In this document: positions 50,851 through 62,468 of the stretch, piece by piece
Layout: each line of letters begins with the position of its first letter
Position numbering within the stretch: position 1 is the stretch's first letter
Origin: Chiloscyllium plagiosum
Lineage: Eukaryota
NCBI RefSeq assembly: GCF_004010195.1
Contig: NC_057750.1
Span: 634,181 to 698,180 of the forward strand
Direction: 5' to 3'
DNA: 64,000 nucleotides
Program-made: the position numbers and the translations under genes
Notes under the pieces: generated by a model
What the model saw: the letters and a program-made list of their open reading frames with translations, nothing else
Databases searched by the model: none
Told to the model about the DNA's origin: nothing

Positions 50851-51889
50851 TCATACCTGACATTCCCTACATCCACTTTCCTGCATTTTCCCTGTAATTC
50901 TTAGCTTCCCTATTGATCAAGAGTCTATCTACCTCAGCCTTAAATGTACAGGTTCTAACCTACTGAATGGTGAGTGTCAATTTGAGGGTGAGCCCTGTGG
51001 GTGATTTACCCTGTGATCAAGCAGTTAGAGCACAGAAAATAAAACAAAACAATTAAATCCAAATTAATGAGCTGAGGAATTTGGTCCCACCATTTTATTT
51101 TTGCAGGAGCTGCCAGGTTCAATAGAACCTCTTGGTCAAGCCCCAAGCGATCAGTAGGGCCAGAGATTGATCTGGGAGTCCTGTCAGCTGTTTATTACAG
51201 AAACAGAGTGTTTACTGACTTGGCCGAAAGGCTTTTCTCATCTTGAATTTCTCCTTTAAGTAGTTATCACATTTGTTTTGAAATGAGTCCAGCCAACGCA
51301 ATGAATGTAATTATTTGTCCTGGCAGCTAAAGGCTAGCCTCTCAACATGTTCAGCATTACTGCAAGCTCCACCTACAATACTGACACCAGATACAATAGC
51401 TGTTCATCCCCTTCCTGTAAATCTTCCCTGTCTCTGATGTTGCTTCATGTAAGATAGTCCTACTAACTGACTTAAAATCACATTTCTGCAGGGAATGAGA
51501 GTCTGTCTGCCTCTTGCTCAGGTATTTAGCCACAAAGTAGGCAGCGAACAGCAGCTCAGCAACTTTGGCATGACCAAGGAGCCAACAGTTTAATGAAAGA
51601 AACCCACTCTGTCCTCACACAGACAAAAGACAACAATGCATACACAGAAACATTTCACTAAGGTGCAGCCATCCGTAAAGTTTGCTATAGCTGAGTGTAA
51701 TTTTCCACAGCAGAGCAAAGCCTCACTGACAAAAATAGAGATTTCTGAACAGAATTGGTGTAATAAAGATGGGAGATTTATTTTCATTGCCTGAATGATG
51801 AGGTTTGTCTCTCTCCGATTGCTTTTCACGGTTGACACTTGGTGAAGTTTGAAGCTACTGAAATTTTTATAAACTTGGAAAGGTACAGA

Positions 51890-52783
51890 AAAGGTTGGAG
51901 GTGCCATTGATAGTATCAAGGGCTATTGCAGCCTGCAGTGTGACATAGACAGGATGCAGATCTGGGCTGAGAAATGACAGATGGAGTTCAACCTGGATAA
52001 ATGCAAAGTGATGCATTTTGGAAGGTTGATCTTGAATGCTGAATATAGGATTAAAGACACAATTCTTGGCAGTGTGGAGGAACAGAGGGATCTGGGTGTG
52101 CAAGTACATAGATCCCTCAAAGTTGCCACCCAAGTAGATAGGGTTGTTAAGAAAGCATATGGTGTTTTGGCTCTCATTAACAGGGGGATTGAGTTTAAGA
52201 GCCGTGAGGTTTTGCTGCAGCTCTACAAGTCTCTGGTGAGACCACACTTGAAATATTGTGTCCAGTTCTGGTTGTCCTCCTGTAGGAAAGATACAGAGAC
52301 TTTGGAGAGGGTGCAAAGAAGGTTTACCAGGATGCTGCCTGGACTGGAGGGCTTGGCTTATGAAGAAAGGTTGAATAAGCTCAGACTTTTCTCACTGGAA
52401 AGAAGGAGGACGAGAGGAGACCTGATCGAGGTGTACAAAATAATGAGAGGAATAGAGATAGTCAATAGCCAGAGACTTTTCCCCAGGGCAGGATTGACTG
52501 GTACGATGTGTCATAGTTTGAAGATATTAGGAGGAAGGTATAAAGGAGACGTCAGAGGTAGGTTCTTTACGCAGAGAGTTGTGAATACATGGAATGTGTT
52601 GCCAGCGGTGGTGGTGGAAGCAGAGTCATTAGGGACATTTAAACAACTGCTGGATATGCACATGGATAGCAGTGAATCAAGGGGTGCATATGTTAGGTTA
52701 TTATATTTTAGATTAAGATTAATCCTCAGCACAACATCGTGGGCCAAAGGGCCTGTTCTGTGCTGTATTTTTCTATGTTCTAC
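51890..52783 (+). mobile_element. Relatively intact CR1 ORF2 C-terminus and 3' UTR
   Basis: 268-aa ORF MEFNLDKCKVMHFG..LVRPHLKYCVQFW..RGDLIEVYKIM..FFTQRVV. Confidence 0.96.
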
Positions 52784-53034
52784 GTAGGAGAGGGAATAGG
52801 CCATTTGGCCCCTCTAGCCTGCTCTACTATTCAATTATATGTTGGCCAATCACTTAACTCAGTATTCTGTTCCTACTTTCTCCTCATGTCACTTAGTTCT
52901 CACAAACTTTGGCATCTGAAGAACTATATTTAACTGCTTCTTGAAAACATTCAATATCATGGCCTCAACCGCTTTTTGTCGTGAAGAATTCCCCAGGCTC
53001 CCCCACTCTCAGAGAAGATGTTTCTTCTCATCAC

Positions 53035-53610
53035 AGTCATAGAGTCAGTCAACACAGAAACAGACCCTTTGGTCCAATCAGTCCATGTCGACCATAATCC
53101 CAACCAATCTCGTCCCACCTGCCTGCTCCTGGCCCAAATCCCTCTAACCATTTCTTATTGGTGTCCTTATCATCGAATCCCTACAGTATGGAAACAGGCC
53201 ATTCGCCCCAACCAGTCCACACTGACCCTCCGAAGAGTAAACCAACTAGACCCAATCCCCTACCCTATTACTCTACATTTCTCTTGACTAGTGCACCTAA
53301 CCTACACATCCCTGAACGCTACGGGCAATTTAGCCTGGCCAATTTACCTAACCTGCATATCTTTGGGCTGTGGGAGGAAACCGGAGCACCCGGAGGAAAC
53401 CCAGGCAGACACGGGGAGAATGTGCAAACACCACACAGTCGCCTGAGACTGGAATTGAACCTGGGTCTCTGGCGCTGTGATACAGCAGTGCTGATCACTG
53501 AGCCACCATGCCACCCATTTTATCTAAATGTCTTGTAAATGTTGTAACTATACCTGCATCCATCACTTCCTCTGGAAGTCCATTCCACAGATGAACCACT
53601 GTGCGAGAAA
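53035..53610 (-). mobile_element. HER1 tail with nested HE1 (53172-53516), next to an older CR1 tail
   Basis: agtcatagagtc tail; complete HE1. Confidence 0.88.
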
Positions 53611-54022
53611 AATTGAACTAAATGGCTGATCCCATACTCTTCGAGATCTTTAAGCTTCACTGTTCAAGCTATTAACCCCATTAGAGCACTGTGAGATGGT
53701 CGCTCAGCTAATGTGAAATTGAACTGCTGCAGGGGATTGGGAATCAATTGAATTGAGGGTTTGGTTGTTCATTAGCCAAGCTGCCTAATCTTCCCTTCCA
53801 TTGAGGTTCCCAGAGGAGAGAAATGTAGTCTGCAGTCCAGGAAACTCATCCCCCCCCCCCCTAGTCATGCTGGACAGGAAATGGAATGTCCAAGTGAACA
53901 TTGAGCTAGGGTGAGGGGAGTGACAGGGACAAGAAGATATGAGAATTAAAAAGTCTAATTGTGACCTAGTGCAGCTAACCTGATCATCTCCCAGAACCCA
54001 AAGACAATTGCTCATGTGGTAT

Positions 54023-54141
54023 TCCTGAAGAAGGGCCTGTGCCAGATTCCTGAAGAAGGGCCTGTGCCCGAAACGTCGAATCTCCTGTTCCCTGGATGCT
54101 GCCTGACCTGCTGTGCTGTTCCAGCAATAAAGTTTCAACCC
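54023..54141 (+). mobile_element. Family A element with partial plus complete hammerhead, 14-bp TSD
   Basis: TGCTCATGTGGTAT at 54009-54022 and 54142-54155. Confidence 0.9.
54044..54083 (+). ncRNA. Minimal type I hammerhead ribozyme motif
   Basis: AGAUUC-CUGAAGA-A-GGGC(CUGU)GCCC-GAAACGUC-GAAUCU: 6-bp stem I, 4-bp stem II, palindromic ACGU stem III, GUC site. Confidence 0.8.
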
Positions 54142-54324
54142 TGCTCATGTGGTATAGGCTATCAGTCCGTCCACTGCCTCTGTGCCCCTTTGTCGAACAG
54201 ACTGGTACAAGGCCCCGGTCGTGTATTTTTGATGAGGAGACAATGGGTTGGAAGGGGTATTTGGAGGGGATTTTAAAATAGATGTTTGTCCAGAGCACCA
54301 TCTTCCTGCCCACCATCAAACTCA

Positions 54325-54652
54325 GGCTTGATGTGGAGTTGCCGGGCGTTAGACTGAGATGGACTAAGTGAGAAGTCACACCACACCAGATTATAGTCCA
54401 GAGGAGAAAGTGAGGACTGCAGATGCAGGAGATCAGAATCAAAAGATGTGTTGCTGGAAAAGCACAACAGGTCAGGCAGCATCAGAGGAGCAGGAGAATC
54501 GACGTTTCGAGCATAGGCCGTTCATCAGGAATGTGATAAGAAGTTATAGTCCAACAGGTTTATTTGAAATCACAAGCGTTTGGGGCGCTGCTGCTTTGTC
54601 AGGTGGAGTCAGGACATCATCTGTTGGACTATAACTTGGTGTGGTGTGACTG
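54325..54652 (-). mobile_element. Family B element with a family A element nested inside (54401-54543, TSD TTATAGTCCA)
   Basis: TTATAGTCCA at 54391-54400 and 54544-54553; both carry degenerate hammerhead cores on the - strand. Confidence 0.8.
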
Positions 54653-55679
54653 TAAAACCCTCTGTGAATGGGCACTGAAATCACCAGCTTGCCTATCGTT
54701 GAGGGTCAATTGTGTTCATTGTCCCAAACATCACCCTGACCATGACATAACCCGGTTGGTGTGTGCAGTTTGAGTGGGAGTGGGAAGCCAGCTGGCAGGG
54801 AGGAAGGAAGGGGGGAGGACACTTCGAGGCCTCTCTTTGTCCATCAGGAGAAGCTCCTCCCTGAAAGCAGTATTCTCCTTTCGTTCTTATCTACACAGCC
54901 TTTAAAACACAAAGGTCACACTATCGCATCTCCCCCCAGCTCTTAGGTATGAAAACCCCCTCCCTCAGTCAACCCCACCCAATGCCTCTGACATATCTGG
55001 GTCCAGGAATCCATGGTGGTCTTCACTCTGTCACTGGGCTCCAGTTGATTGACTGGAAACTGTGGCGATGACAATCCTCCTGGCACTGAGGGGTCCTACT
55101 GCCCACTCATTGAGCTGCCTTTAACGTGAGCTGGCCATAGATCAGGCTCGCCCGGAGTCTCTGGCCTCACCGTTAGCCCCATGCCCCAGGCAGGAGGGTT
55201 CATTGGTCCTGAATCATTGCCAGATCTGCTCTGCCAAGGCTGACATTGATGTAAAGTGGCAGAGTGTTGTGTGGGTAGCCAGCACTGAGCTATTCCACTC
55301 TGGACTGTGACGCCCTACACATTGAATCTGAAACACTGATAGCTCATCAAGGTAATAAAATCTCATCAGGAAGCAGAAGTAGTGGATTGGAACTGAACTG
55401 TCATGGGTCAATGGTAACTCTGCGAAGAGGACGAGATGGTACGATATTCAGACTGTGCATGGAACCTGGTGGTTATGGCTCTGGGTTAGTTAACACCTGG
55501 TCTTCAATTCCCACTGGCAGCAGTTTCAGAACTAAAATCCATGTAACTCTAACCAAACTGAAACCAAGGATTAATGCCAATAATGCTGACCATGAATTCA
55601 CTGAAAGGAAACCATCTGGTTCACTAATACTTTTTAGGGAAGGAAATCTGCCATCCTGACCCAGTCTGGCCTACATGTG

Positions 55680-56030
55680 GGAGGCATTGGCCTAATATTA
55701 TCGCTGGACTGACAATGCTGAGATCCAGATAATGTTCTGGGGACCTGGGTTCAAATCCCACCACAGCAGATGGTAGAATTTTAATTCAATAAAAATCTGG
55801 AATTAAGAGTCTGATGATGACCATGAATCCATTGTCAATTGTTGGGAAAACTCATCTGGGTGACTAATATCCTTCAGGGAAGGAACCTGCCATCCTTACC
55901 TGTTCTAGCAAACATGTGACTCCAGACCCACAGCAATGTGGTTGACTCCTAATTGCCTTCCGAGCAATTAGGAATAGGTAATAAATGCTGCCTAGCCAGT
56001 GACACCTTCATCATGTTAATGAATAAAGCA
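55680..56030 (+). mobile_element. Full-length tRNA-derived SINE family B, preceded by an older partial copy (about 55470-55678)
   Basis: ggaggcattggccta..gggttcaaatccc head; tail gcaattaggaataggtaataaatgctgcc..gaataaa. Confidence 0.88.
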
Positions 56031-56439
56031 AAGACTCCAGGTCCACAGCAATGGAGTTGGCTCCTGAATGACTGAACAAGCCTTGGAGTTGTGTTCAAGG
56101 GGAATTGGAGATGGGTATTAATGTGGTCCTGACTATCAGCTCCCACACTGTACGAATGAACTAAAACAGCAAACTGAGGCTAAAGACAATGGTTTTGAGT
56201 TGAGGCCTCAGCCGCTCTCTAACCTGTTCTCTTGGGCTGCTCTTTGGGAAATGTGTAAGAGACCTGTGAGGTGTTATAAATACCTGGATGTCTGGAAGGA
56301 AACTAGTCCGTGGTGGAAAATTGGGCAAGTTCTCAATCTGGGAGAATAGTGCAGTGCAAAGTTAGCAGTGTTTCAAAGGATTCATTTGCTAAGTAGTTGT
56401 TCTCATCAAGGGGATTGAGAATCAGCTGAAGAAGTAAAT

Positions 56440-56796
56440 CTTGCAGAATACTGAGAGGCCTGAACAGAGCGAAGGTGAGGAAGATGTTTCCACCAGTCGG
56501 TGAGACTAGGACCTGAGGGCACAGCCTCAGAGTGAAGGGGCGACCCTTTAGGACTGAGATGAGGTGGAATTTCTTCAGCCAGAAGGTGGTGACTCTATGG
56601 AATTCATTGCCACAGAGGGCTGTAGAGACCAAGTCATTGAGTGTATTTAAGACCGAGACCGATAGGTTCTTGATTAGTAAAGGGATCAAGAGTTTTGGCA
56701 AGAAGGCATGAGATTGATATTGAGAAACAAATGAGCCATGATTGAATGGTGGAGCAGACTTGATGTGTCAAATGGCCTAATTCTGCTCCTATATCT
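56440..56796 (+). mobile_element. CR1 3' end
   Basis: F.QKVVTLWNSLPQRAVE-encoding region and tail ggagcagac..aatggcctaattctgctcct. Confidence 0.88.
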
Positions 56797-57010
56797 AATG
56801 TCGACAAGAAGGAGGCTGGAAGAACACAGCTAGCCAGGCAGCATCAGGAGGTGGAGAAGTCAATGTTTCAGGTGTAACTCTTCTTCCTGTTCTAAAGAAG
56901 GGTTACACCTGAAATTTTGACTTCTCCACCTCCTGATGCTGCCTGGCTAGCTGTGTTCTTCCAGCCTCCTGCAGGTCTACCTTGGATTCCAGCATCCGCA
57001 GTTTTTTTGT
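56797..57010. mobile_element. Palindromic family E element
   Basis: ggaggctggaagaacacagctagccaggcagcatcaggaggtggagaagtcaa is inverted at 56918-56970; degenerate ctaaagaagggttacacctgaaa core. Confidence 0.88.
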
Positions 57011-57309
57011 CCCTATATTGTATGGTCCTACAGCTTGTAGAAAGCTTAGGAAAATGAGAGAAAAAGACAGGACAACAAGTAATTGTCCAATCGTGCCAAG
57101 CTTGGGTGTAAAATGCTGAAGATTGTAAGAGGAAGATTGAGGGAAGTATGAAGATTCTGAGGAAGGATCAGGAGGAAGCAAAGACAGGTTAAATACAGGT
57201 GTGAGAACGAATGTCCATCACACAACCACCCCATCACATTATACCTTGTAAAGAAATACAACAAAGACTTGTGTTCGAGCAGAATCTTCATGATCTCATG
57301 ATCTCCCAA

Positions 57310-57900
57310 AGATTATCTTTGATTGTGGTGATTTGGGAAACACAGCCAACTCCCACAAACAGCAACGTGACAATGACCAGATAATCTGGATTTAGGTTTG
57401 CTCGCTGAGCTGGAAGGTTCCGTTTCAGATGTTTCGTCACCATACTAGGTAACATCATCAGTGAGCCTCCGGTGAAGCACTGGTGGTATGGTCTGCTTTT
57501 TATTTGTGTTTAGGTTTCCTTGGGTTGGTGATGCCATTTCCTGTGGTGGTGTCATTTTGTGTTCTTTTTCTCAGGGTGTGGTAAATGGGATCCAAATCAA
57601 TGTGTTTGTTGATCGAGTTCTGGTTGGAATACCTTGCTTCTAGGAATTTTTGTGCATGTCTCTGCTTGGCTTGTCCTTGGATGAATGTGTTGTCTCATTT
57701 GAAGTGGTGTCCTTCCTCATCTGTATGTAAAGATACTAGTGAGAGTGGGTACATCAAGTAGCCACAAAAAGACATGACCCGCTGACTGCAAAGCCCCTCC
57801 AGCAGAGCAGGACACCCTCAGTACGACACCACAGCCAGCAGGCCAGAGCTGTGTCCGGGAGTAGGCTTTGAACTTGGAACTCAGAGGCTAATCAACTGAG
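57310..57900 (-). mobile_element. DeuSINE remnant split by a Penelope insertion
   Basis: ctcccacaaacagcaacgtgacaatgaccagataatctg; the head portion follows 57785. Confidence 0.6.
57394..57783 (-). mobile_element. Penelope-like element (family C): GIY-YIG C-terminus and hammerhead, with 5' inversion
   Basis: - strand PLSLVSLHTDEEGHHFK*DNTFIQGQAKQRHAQKFLEARYSNQNSINKHIDLDPIY; + strand HQVATKRHDP at 57752; hammerhead at 57426-57463. Confidence 0.88.
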
Positions 57901-58575
57901 TGACAATTGCCATCACAAAGCACACTTAAAAACCTCTCCAGTTACAGAGCCTTGATTAGTCTTAGGTTTTGCAACAGTTAAGACTTGTTGTGGGGTAAGG
58001 AATGTTAAACCAGAAATGAAACATCTTCAAGATAGCTCCTGGAAGGGGGATTGAATGAAGAGTCAAAAGCCTTCCTACTCTGTGCATGAATTTTCCATGG
58101 GCACCTGTAGGAATGTAACAATTCCATTTCCGAAAGTAAGGAAGCCTATAATCTGGCTCAGACATTCCTCGTTAATTGGTATTAGCATTGATTTCAGTAG
58201 TTTAATTAACATCAATAGATGCTGAAGTAAAACTGTCTGAGCCAATCTGATTTCAGCAGTTTTACAGCTCAGTGATATCTCTCCCTTACTCGGTGTTGAC
58301 TGGGTTTGAACCAGACACCATACCAGTTCAGGTATTGAAATGTTTTCATTATATGTACTCAAATGGATTTGAAATACCGCATGAAAAATGAAATGAAACA
58401 TAAGATAACTGTTGTCTCACTATAATTCCGGCTCCATTCCTCTCCTCCTGTTTTGTCAAGGAGAGCTGACAGTGGAGAACGAGGGAAGATTCATTAATCA
58501 TTGGAGGTGCCTTTAGACAAGATCACTCAGTCACTGTCACTGGTGCAGCTGAAGCTCCACATTGCCTTGTTACAG

Positions 58576-58643
58576 TCCGACAAGGACAAAGAACACGTCT
58601 GAATCTGTACTCCAGCTGTCAGCTCGGAAATCAATCACAGAAG
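58576..58643 (+). other. Candidate exon (alternative acceptor at 58461)
   Basis: ccttgttacag| ... GAAG|gtgagt. Confidence 0.3.
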
Positions 58644-59559
58644 GTGAGTCAAGAAATGAGCATTGACAGGTGTGAGTCCAGCTGTCATTTCAAGGACCCG
58701 GGCTGTGCAGCTTAGAAACCTGAGCAAATCTGCTCTCATCGAGGAGTCTGCATCGCAAGTAGCATTCACATAGTCTTGCTATTTCCAGCTTTACATTCTC
58801 TTCTTTAAGATGTTCATTAAAGACAAGATGTTGGTCCCCTCTCCAAATGTCTCATCACTTGGCTCAGTGTTACATTTTGATACTACCCTTGCAAAGCCTC
58901 TAGGGATATCCTATGATGTCACAGGAGTTAATCTAAATGTGAGGTGTTGTTGTAGTTACTTGCTACAGTGAAAGGAAGCTGATGTTAACATTAGTCTGGC
59001 TGGTGGGCTGTGAAATCCTGTGGAACAGGGAACATTGCTTTGTTGCAGAGTTGGAATTTGTGCTTTGAGTACTCTCTCCCTGAAACCTTGCTGATAAGAT
59101 GGTGAATATCCTTAAATCCAGGCAAATGAATCCATCAGTCTGAGATACTTCCTGCTAATTGATGTTCCACAGGGATCTCCATGCATGGATCACTGAGTGA
59201 TGTGCACTTATAAAAGCTGGGTTGTACATCGGAAGAGTCCAGATTTGAACCATCTACATAGCCAGCTAACACGTGCCAGATAGCAGAAACAGTAAAGCTT
59301 GTGTTAATGTCACTGCCGGAGGTTTGGTGGCTGGAGTGAACCCTGGTTCCCACTTTGGAATGATATCCTCAACCCGCATCAACATTCCAAGTACAGGCTC
59401 CAAGGAATAAGATGAAAAGCCATCAACAAAATATCCTGAAACACCAGCTGCCTGGAATTTGAGATGAATAATGTTCCTTTAGCCAGGGGAATGATGGGCA
59501 CCTACCTCCTGTGGGATAATTCGGCAGATTGTTCAAAGTCTCAGTGAGTCAATTGAGCA

Positions 59560-59850
59560 TTGTGTGCAGTTTTTCTGAAAACAGAACAGAGCTGAACACA
59601 ATGGAAAAGGTGCAGTCTGGATTCACTGGAGTATGTGCAGCAATGCAGGTTTGCAGAGATGAAGAGAGAGACTTGTGCAGTCACCGAGATCTCATTGAGA
59701 TCTTCGAAATGCTGTGGAGTTTTACCCAGGAGCTCAGTGATGTACCTCGTCTGCTGGTCAGTGAGACAGGAGTGAGAGGTCCGATAAACACAAATCAAAT
59801 TTAAGAGAAGATAGAAAATAAATTTTACACAGATGATATTTAAGCGTGGT
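59560..59850 (+). mobile_element. Very old CR1 3' remnant
   Basis: CVQF..; EKVQ..FT; DLIEIF. Confidence 0.6.
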
Positions 59851-59999
59851 AAAAGAATGTGACTCTTTTTTTTTTTAAAAGAAAGGAAAATTGACCGAAG
59901 AAAGGATATTTGAAATGGTGGGAAATGAGGGTAAGATTGGGTTGGATTTTGGAGGCTATAAAAGGTAAGGTTAGCAAAAAGACCGTAAAGCTGCTCTTC

Positions 60000-60155
60000 A
60001 TTAGAGAAAGAGAGGGAGAAATGACTGATGGGGATTTATCCTGAGGGTCACCATGCCTCAGGCAAGGGGAAAGATTGAGAAGGAGAGTCCTTCATGGTAA
60101 CCTCAGCTGGTGAGGGAATTGAACCCACGCTGTTGGCATCGCTCTGCATTGGAAC
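60000..60155 (-). mobile_element. SINE family C
   Basis: ctgagggtcaccatgcctcagg..gaaggagagtccttcatggtaacctcagc..ggaattgaaccc. Confidence 0.8.
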
Positions 60156-61328
60156 ATGAGATGTGTGGGGAAGGGTTGGTGTTGCATCTCTTGGGGGCAT
60201 CATGGCTACGGAGTGAGGGGTGGGGATGCTGGGTTCTGCAGGACGTCCCGGGTTGGTGGGGGGTGGGATCTGACAGTGAAAGGTCAGGCTCAGAATGAAG
60301 GAAAAGGGGGGCAACGATCCCAGACGCTGCAATAGTGTTGAGTCTTAGAGTAGGGTCAAAGTTTTGGGTCTCAGGTAGCCTTTTACATTTTCACTTGGCA
60401 CCTTACCCACCTGGTACACTCGCCCTCTCTTTCCACCTGGCACTATATCCTCTGAGTATCCTAACCTCACCCGTGCCCCTTTGCCAGGAGCTGACTGCTG
60501 TGAAAAGCTGGTGTTGTTTACCTTCTCCTCTAATGGTTCAACACTCCAAGGCTTCTATCAGGATGGAAGCAGGACTCTGGGTTTCTGACAGACTCCTAAT
60601 TAGAATCTCCTGCCAGAAATATGGAGCTCTTTCTCTGTGTAAATTAAAAATGAGTGAAGTGGCAATCTGCCTGTGATTTCCACTCAGAAAATCCAGTCCC
60701 AAGGCTCCAGGAGATTTGAATACAGCTCCAGTCTAGGCAGGTTCCACCAAACATTCCTCATAATCTTGGACATAATGCAACGAGAGGATTCTAGAGTTGA
60801 CAATCCCTTGCCATTCCTGCATTGGTCAGGACTCTATCACTGTCACTGTGAACAATCGAGATATACCTGCACATCTTTCCCAGTCCCTACACCATGGCAC
60901 TGACGATGCAATGTGTTGGAGTATTGAAAATTCACGAATGTTCTTCAGAAAACTGAAGTTCTGGCCTTCATGTCAACTCGGTTTCACTTAACACTTGACC
61001 ATAACGTCCCCTAGAGTGACAGGCTGCCTGCTTGAAATACTTTGATCCAGAATTTCCTGGAGATTTATATAATTGGAATGAGAAGTCCATGCATTGGGTT
61101 AGTTTTCAATCCAAAAGACAGATGGGATTATGGGATGAGTGAGATCTGTTGATACAATTTATTGGTGGTTTTGTGTATCTCCATTGAAATAATTCCGAAA
61201 ACTTGGAAAAATTGATTATCATTGTGCCTTCACCTTCTCTTCCCTCAACTCATTCCCCATTCAAGTCAATGCTGTCTGGAACTGTCCTGAATATACTCCA
61301 CTTTCCCTAACACAGCTTCAGATTGAAA

Positions 61329-61642
61329 GGGAGGCAATGGCTCAGTGGTATTATCTTTGGACTGTTAATCCAGAGACCCAGGTAATGTTCTGGGGACCCG
61401 AGTCTGAATCCTGTCACAGCAGATGGTACAATTGAATTCAGTAAAAAAAAATGGAATTAAGAGTTTAATGGTGACCATGAATCTAATGCCGATCACTGGG
61501 GAAAAAAAACCCATCTGGTTCATCATGCCTTTAGGGAAGAAAACTGTCATCCTGACCTGGTCTGGTCTACAAGTGACTCCAGACCCACAGCAAGGTTGAC
61601 CCTTAACAATTAGGGATGGGTATCCTCATTCTGTGAATAAAT
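61329..61642 (+). mobile_element. SINE family B
   Basis: ggaggcaatggctcagtggt head; colinear with the 55680 copy. Confidence 0.88.
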
Positions 61643-62338
61643 AAGAAGCTGGGTTTGGATCTCTTGTTATTGAAGTATTTTCCAGTTGGATAAATCTACA
61701 AAGTTGTGACACTTCAGCCCATGGTGTGGAACCACGTGACTGGACATTTATAAGAATATTTTGATACTTTGAGCGGTTATTAATCTGATGTAAAACATTC
61801 CCACCCATTGCAAAATAATTAAATATATTGTGTGACCTGCGAACGTTTTAAATTCCTGCATTCAATTTAATCGATTTAAAGTCAAATCTCTGTTTACTTT
61901 GTGATATTTAATTCTGAGTTAAACTCCACCAAAGCAGTTGCCAGTGTTAGATTTACTAAATAATGTGAATCCAGTATAAAACACTGACGAATACATCATT
62001 AATGCAAGTGTGGATCTGATTAATCGGAGACACAATGTATTGTTAATAATTTATGTCGCCTGGGAAACAAATAATTTAAAATAAAACAAATTAAAAAGAT
62101 CCTGAAAAGTGAACACAGCAGATTGAAAGGAGAATGACACTTTTTCACTCTGTATGCTGCCAGTCAGCTACTGCTGAAAGGAATCAGGACAAAAGAGTTT
62201 AACCAACCTTTAAGACATAAATCTCAATTTTGACTGTTTGGCAATTAATATTATGGTGATTGATAACAGCTCCTCCTCCGACAGCCACACCCTTCAGACA
62301 TCTGCCCCTCACTTGACTAACTTTTATCTTTTTTTCAG

Positions 62339-62376
62339 GAATCCTGAAGAAGGGCTTATGCCCGAAACGTCGATTC
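62339..62376 (+). ncRNA. Minimal type I hammerhead ribozyme motif
   Basis: GAAUC-CUGAAGA-A-GGGC(UUAU)GCCC-GAAACGUC-GAUUC. Confidence 0.8.
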
Positions 62377-62468
62377 TCCTGCTCCTCGGATGCTGCCTGA
62401 CCTGCTGTGCTTTTCCAGCAACACATTTTTCAGCTCTGATCGCCAGCATCTGCAGTCCTCACTTTCTC
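62339..62468 (+). mobile_element. About 130-bp family A element starting with a hammerhead, 16-bp TSD
   Basis: CTAACTTTTATCTTTT at 62317-62332 and 62469-62484. Confidence 0.9.

Noticed and set aside
51981..52787. 268-aa ORF as a host gene
   Set aside because: It is the C-terminus of CR1 ORF2, repeated many times in the window, with an in-frame stop just upstream.
58830..58845. miR-133-like TTGGTCCCCT
   Set aside because: Only about 10 nt match and no precursor hairpin is evident.
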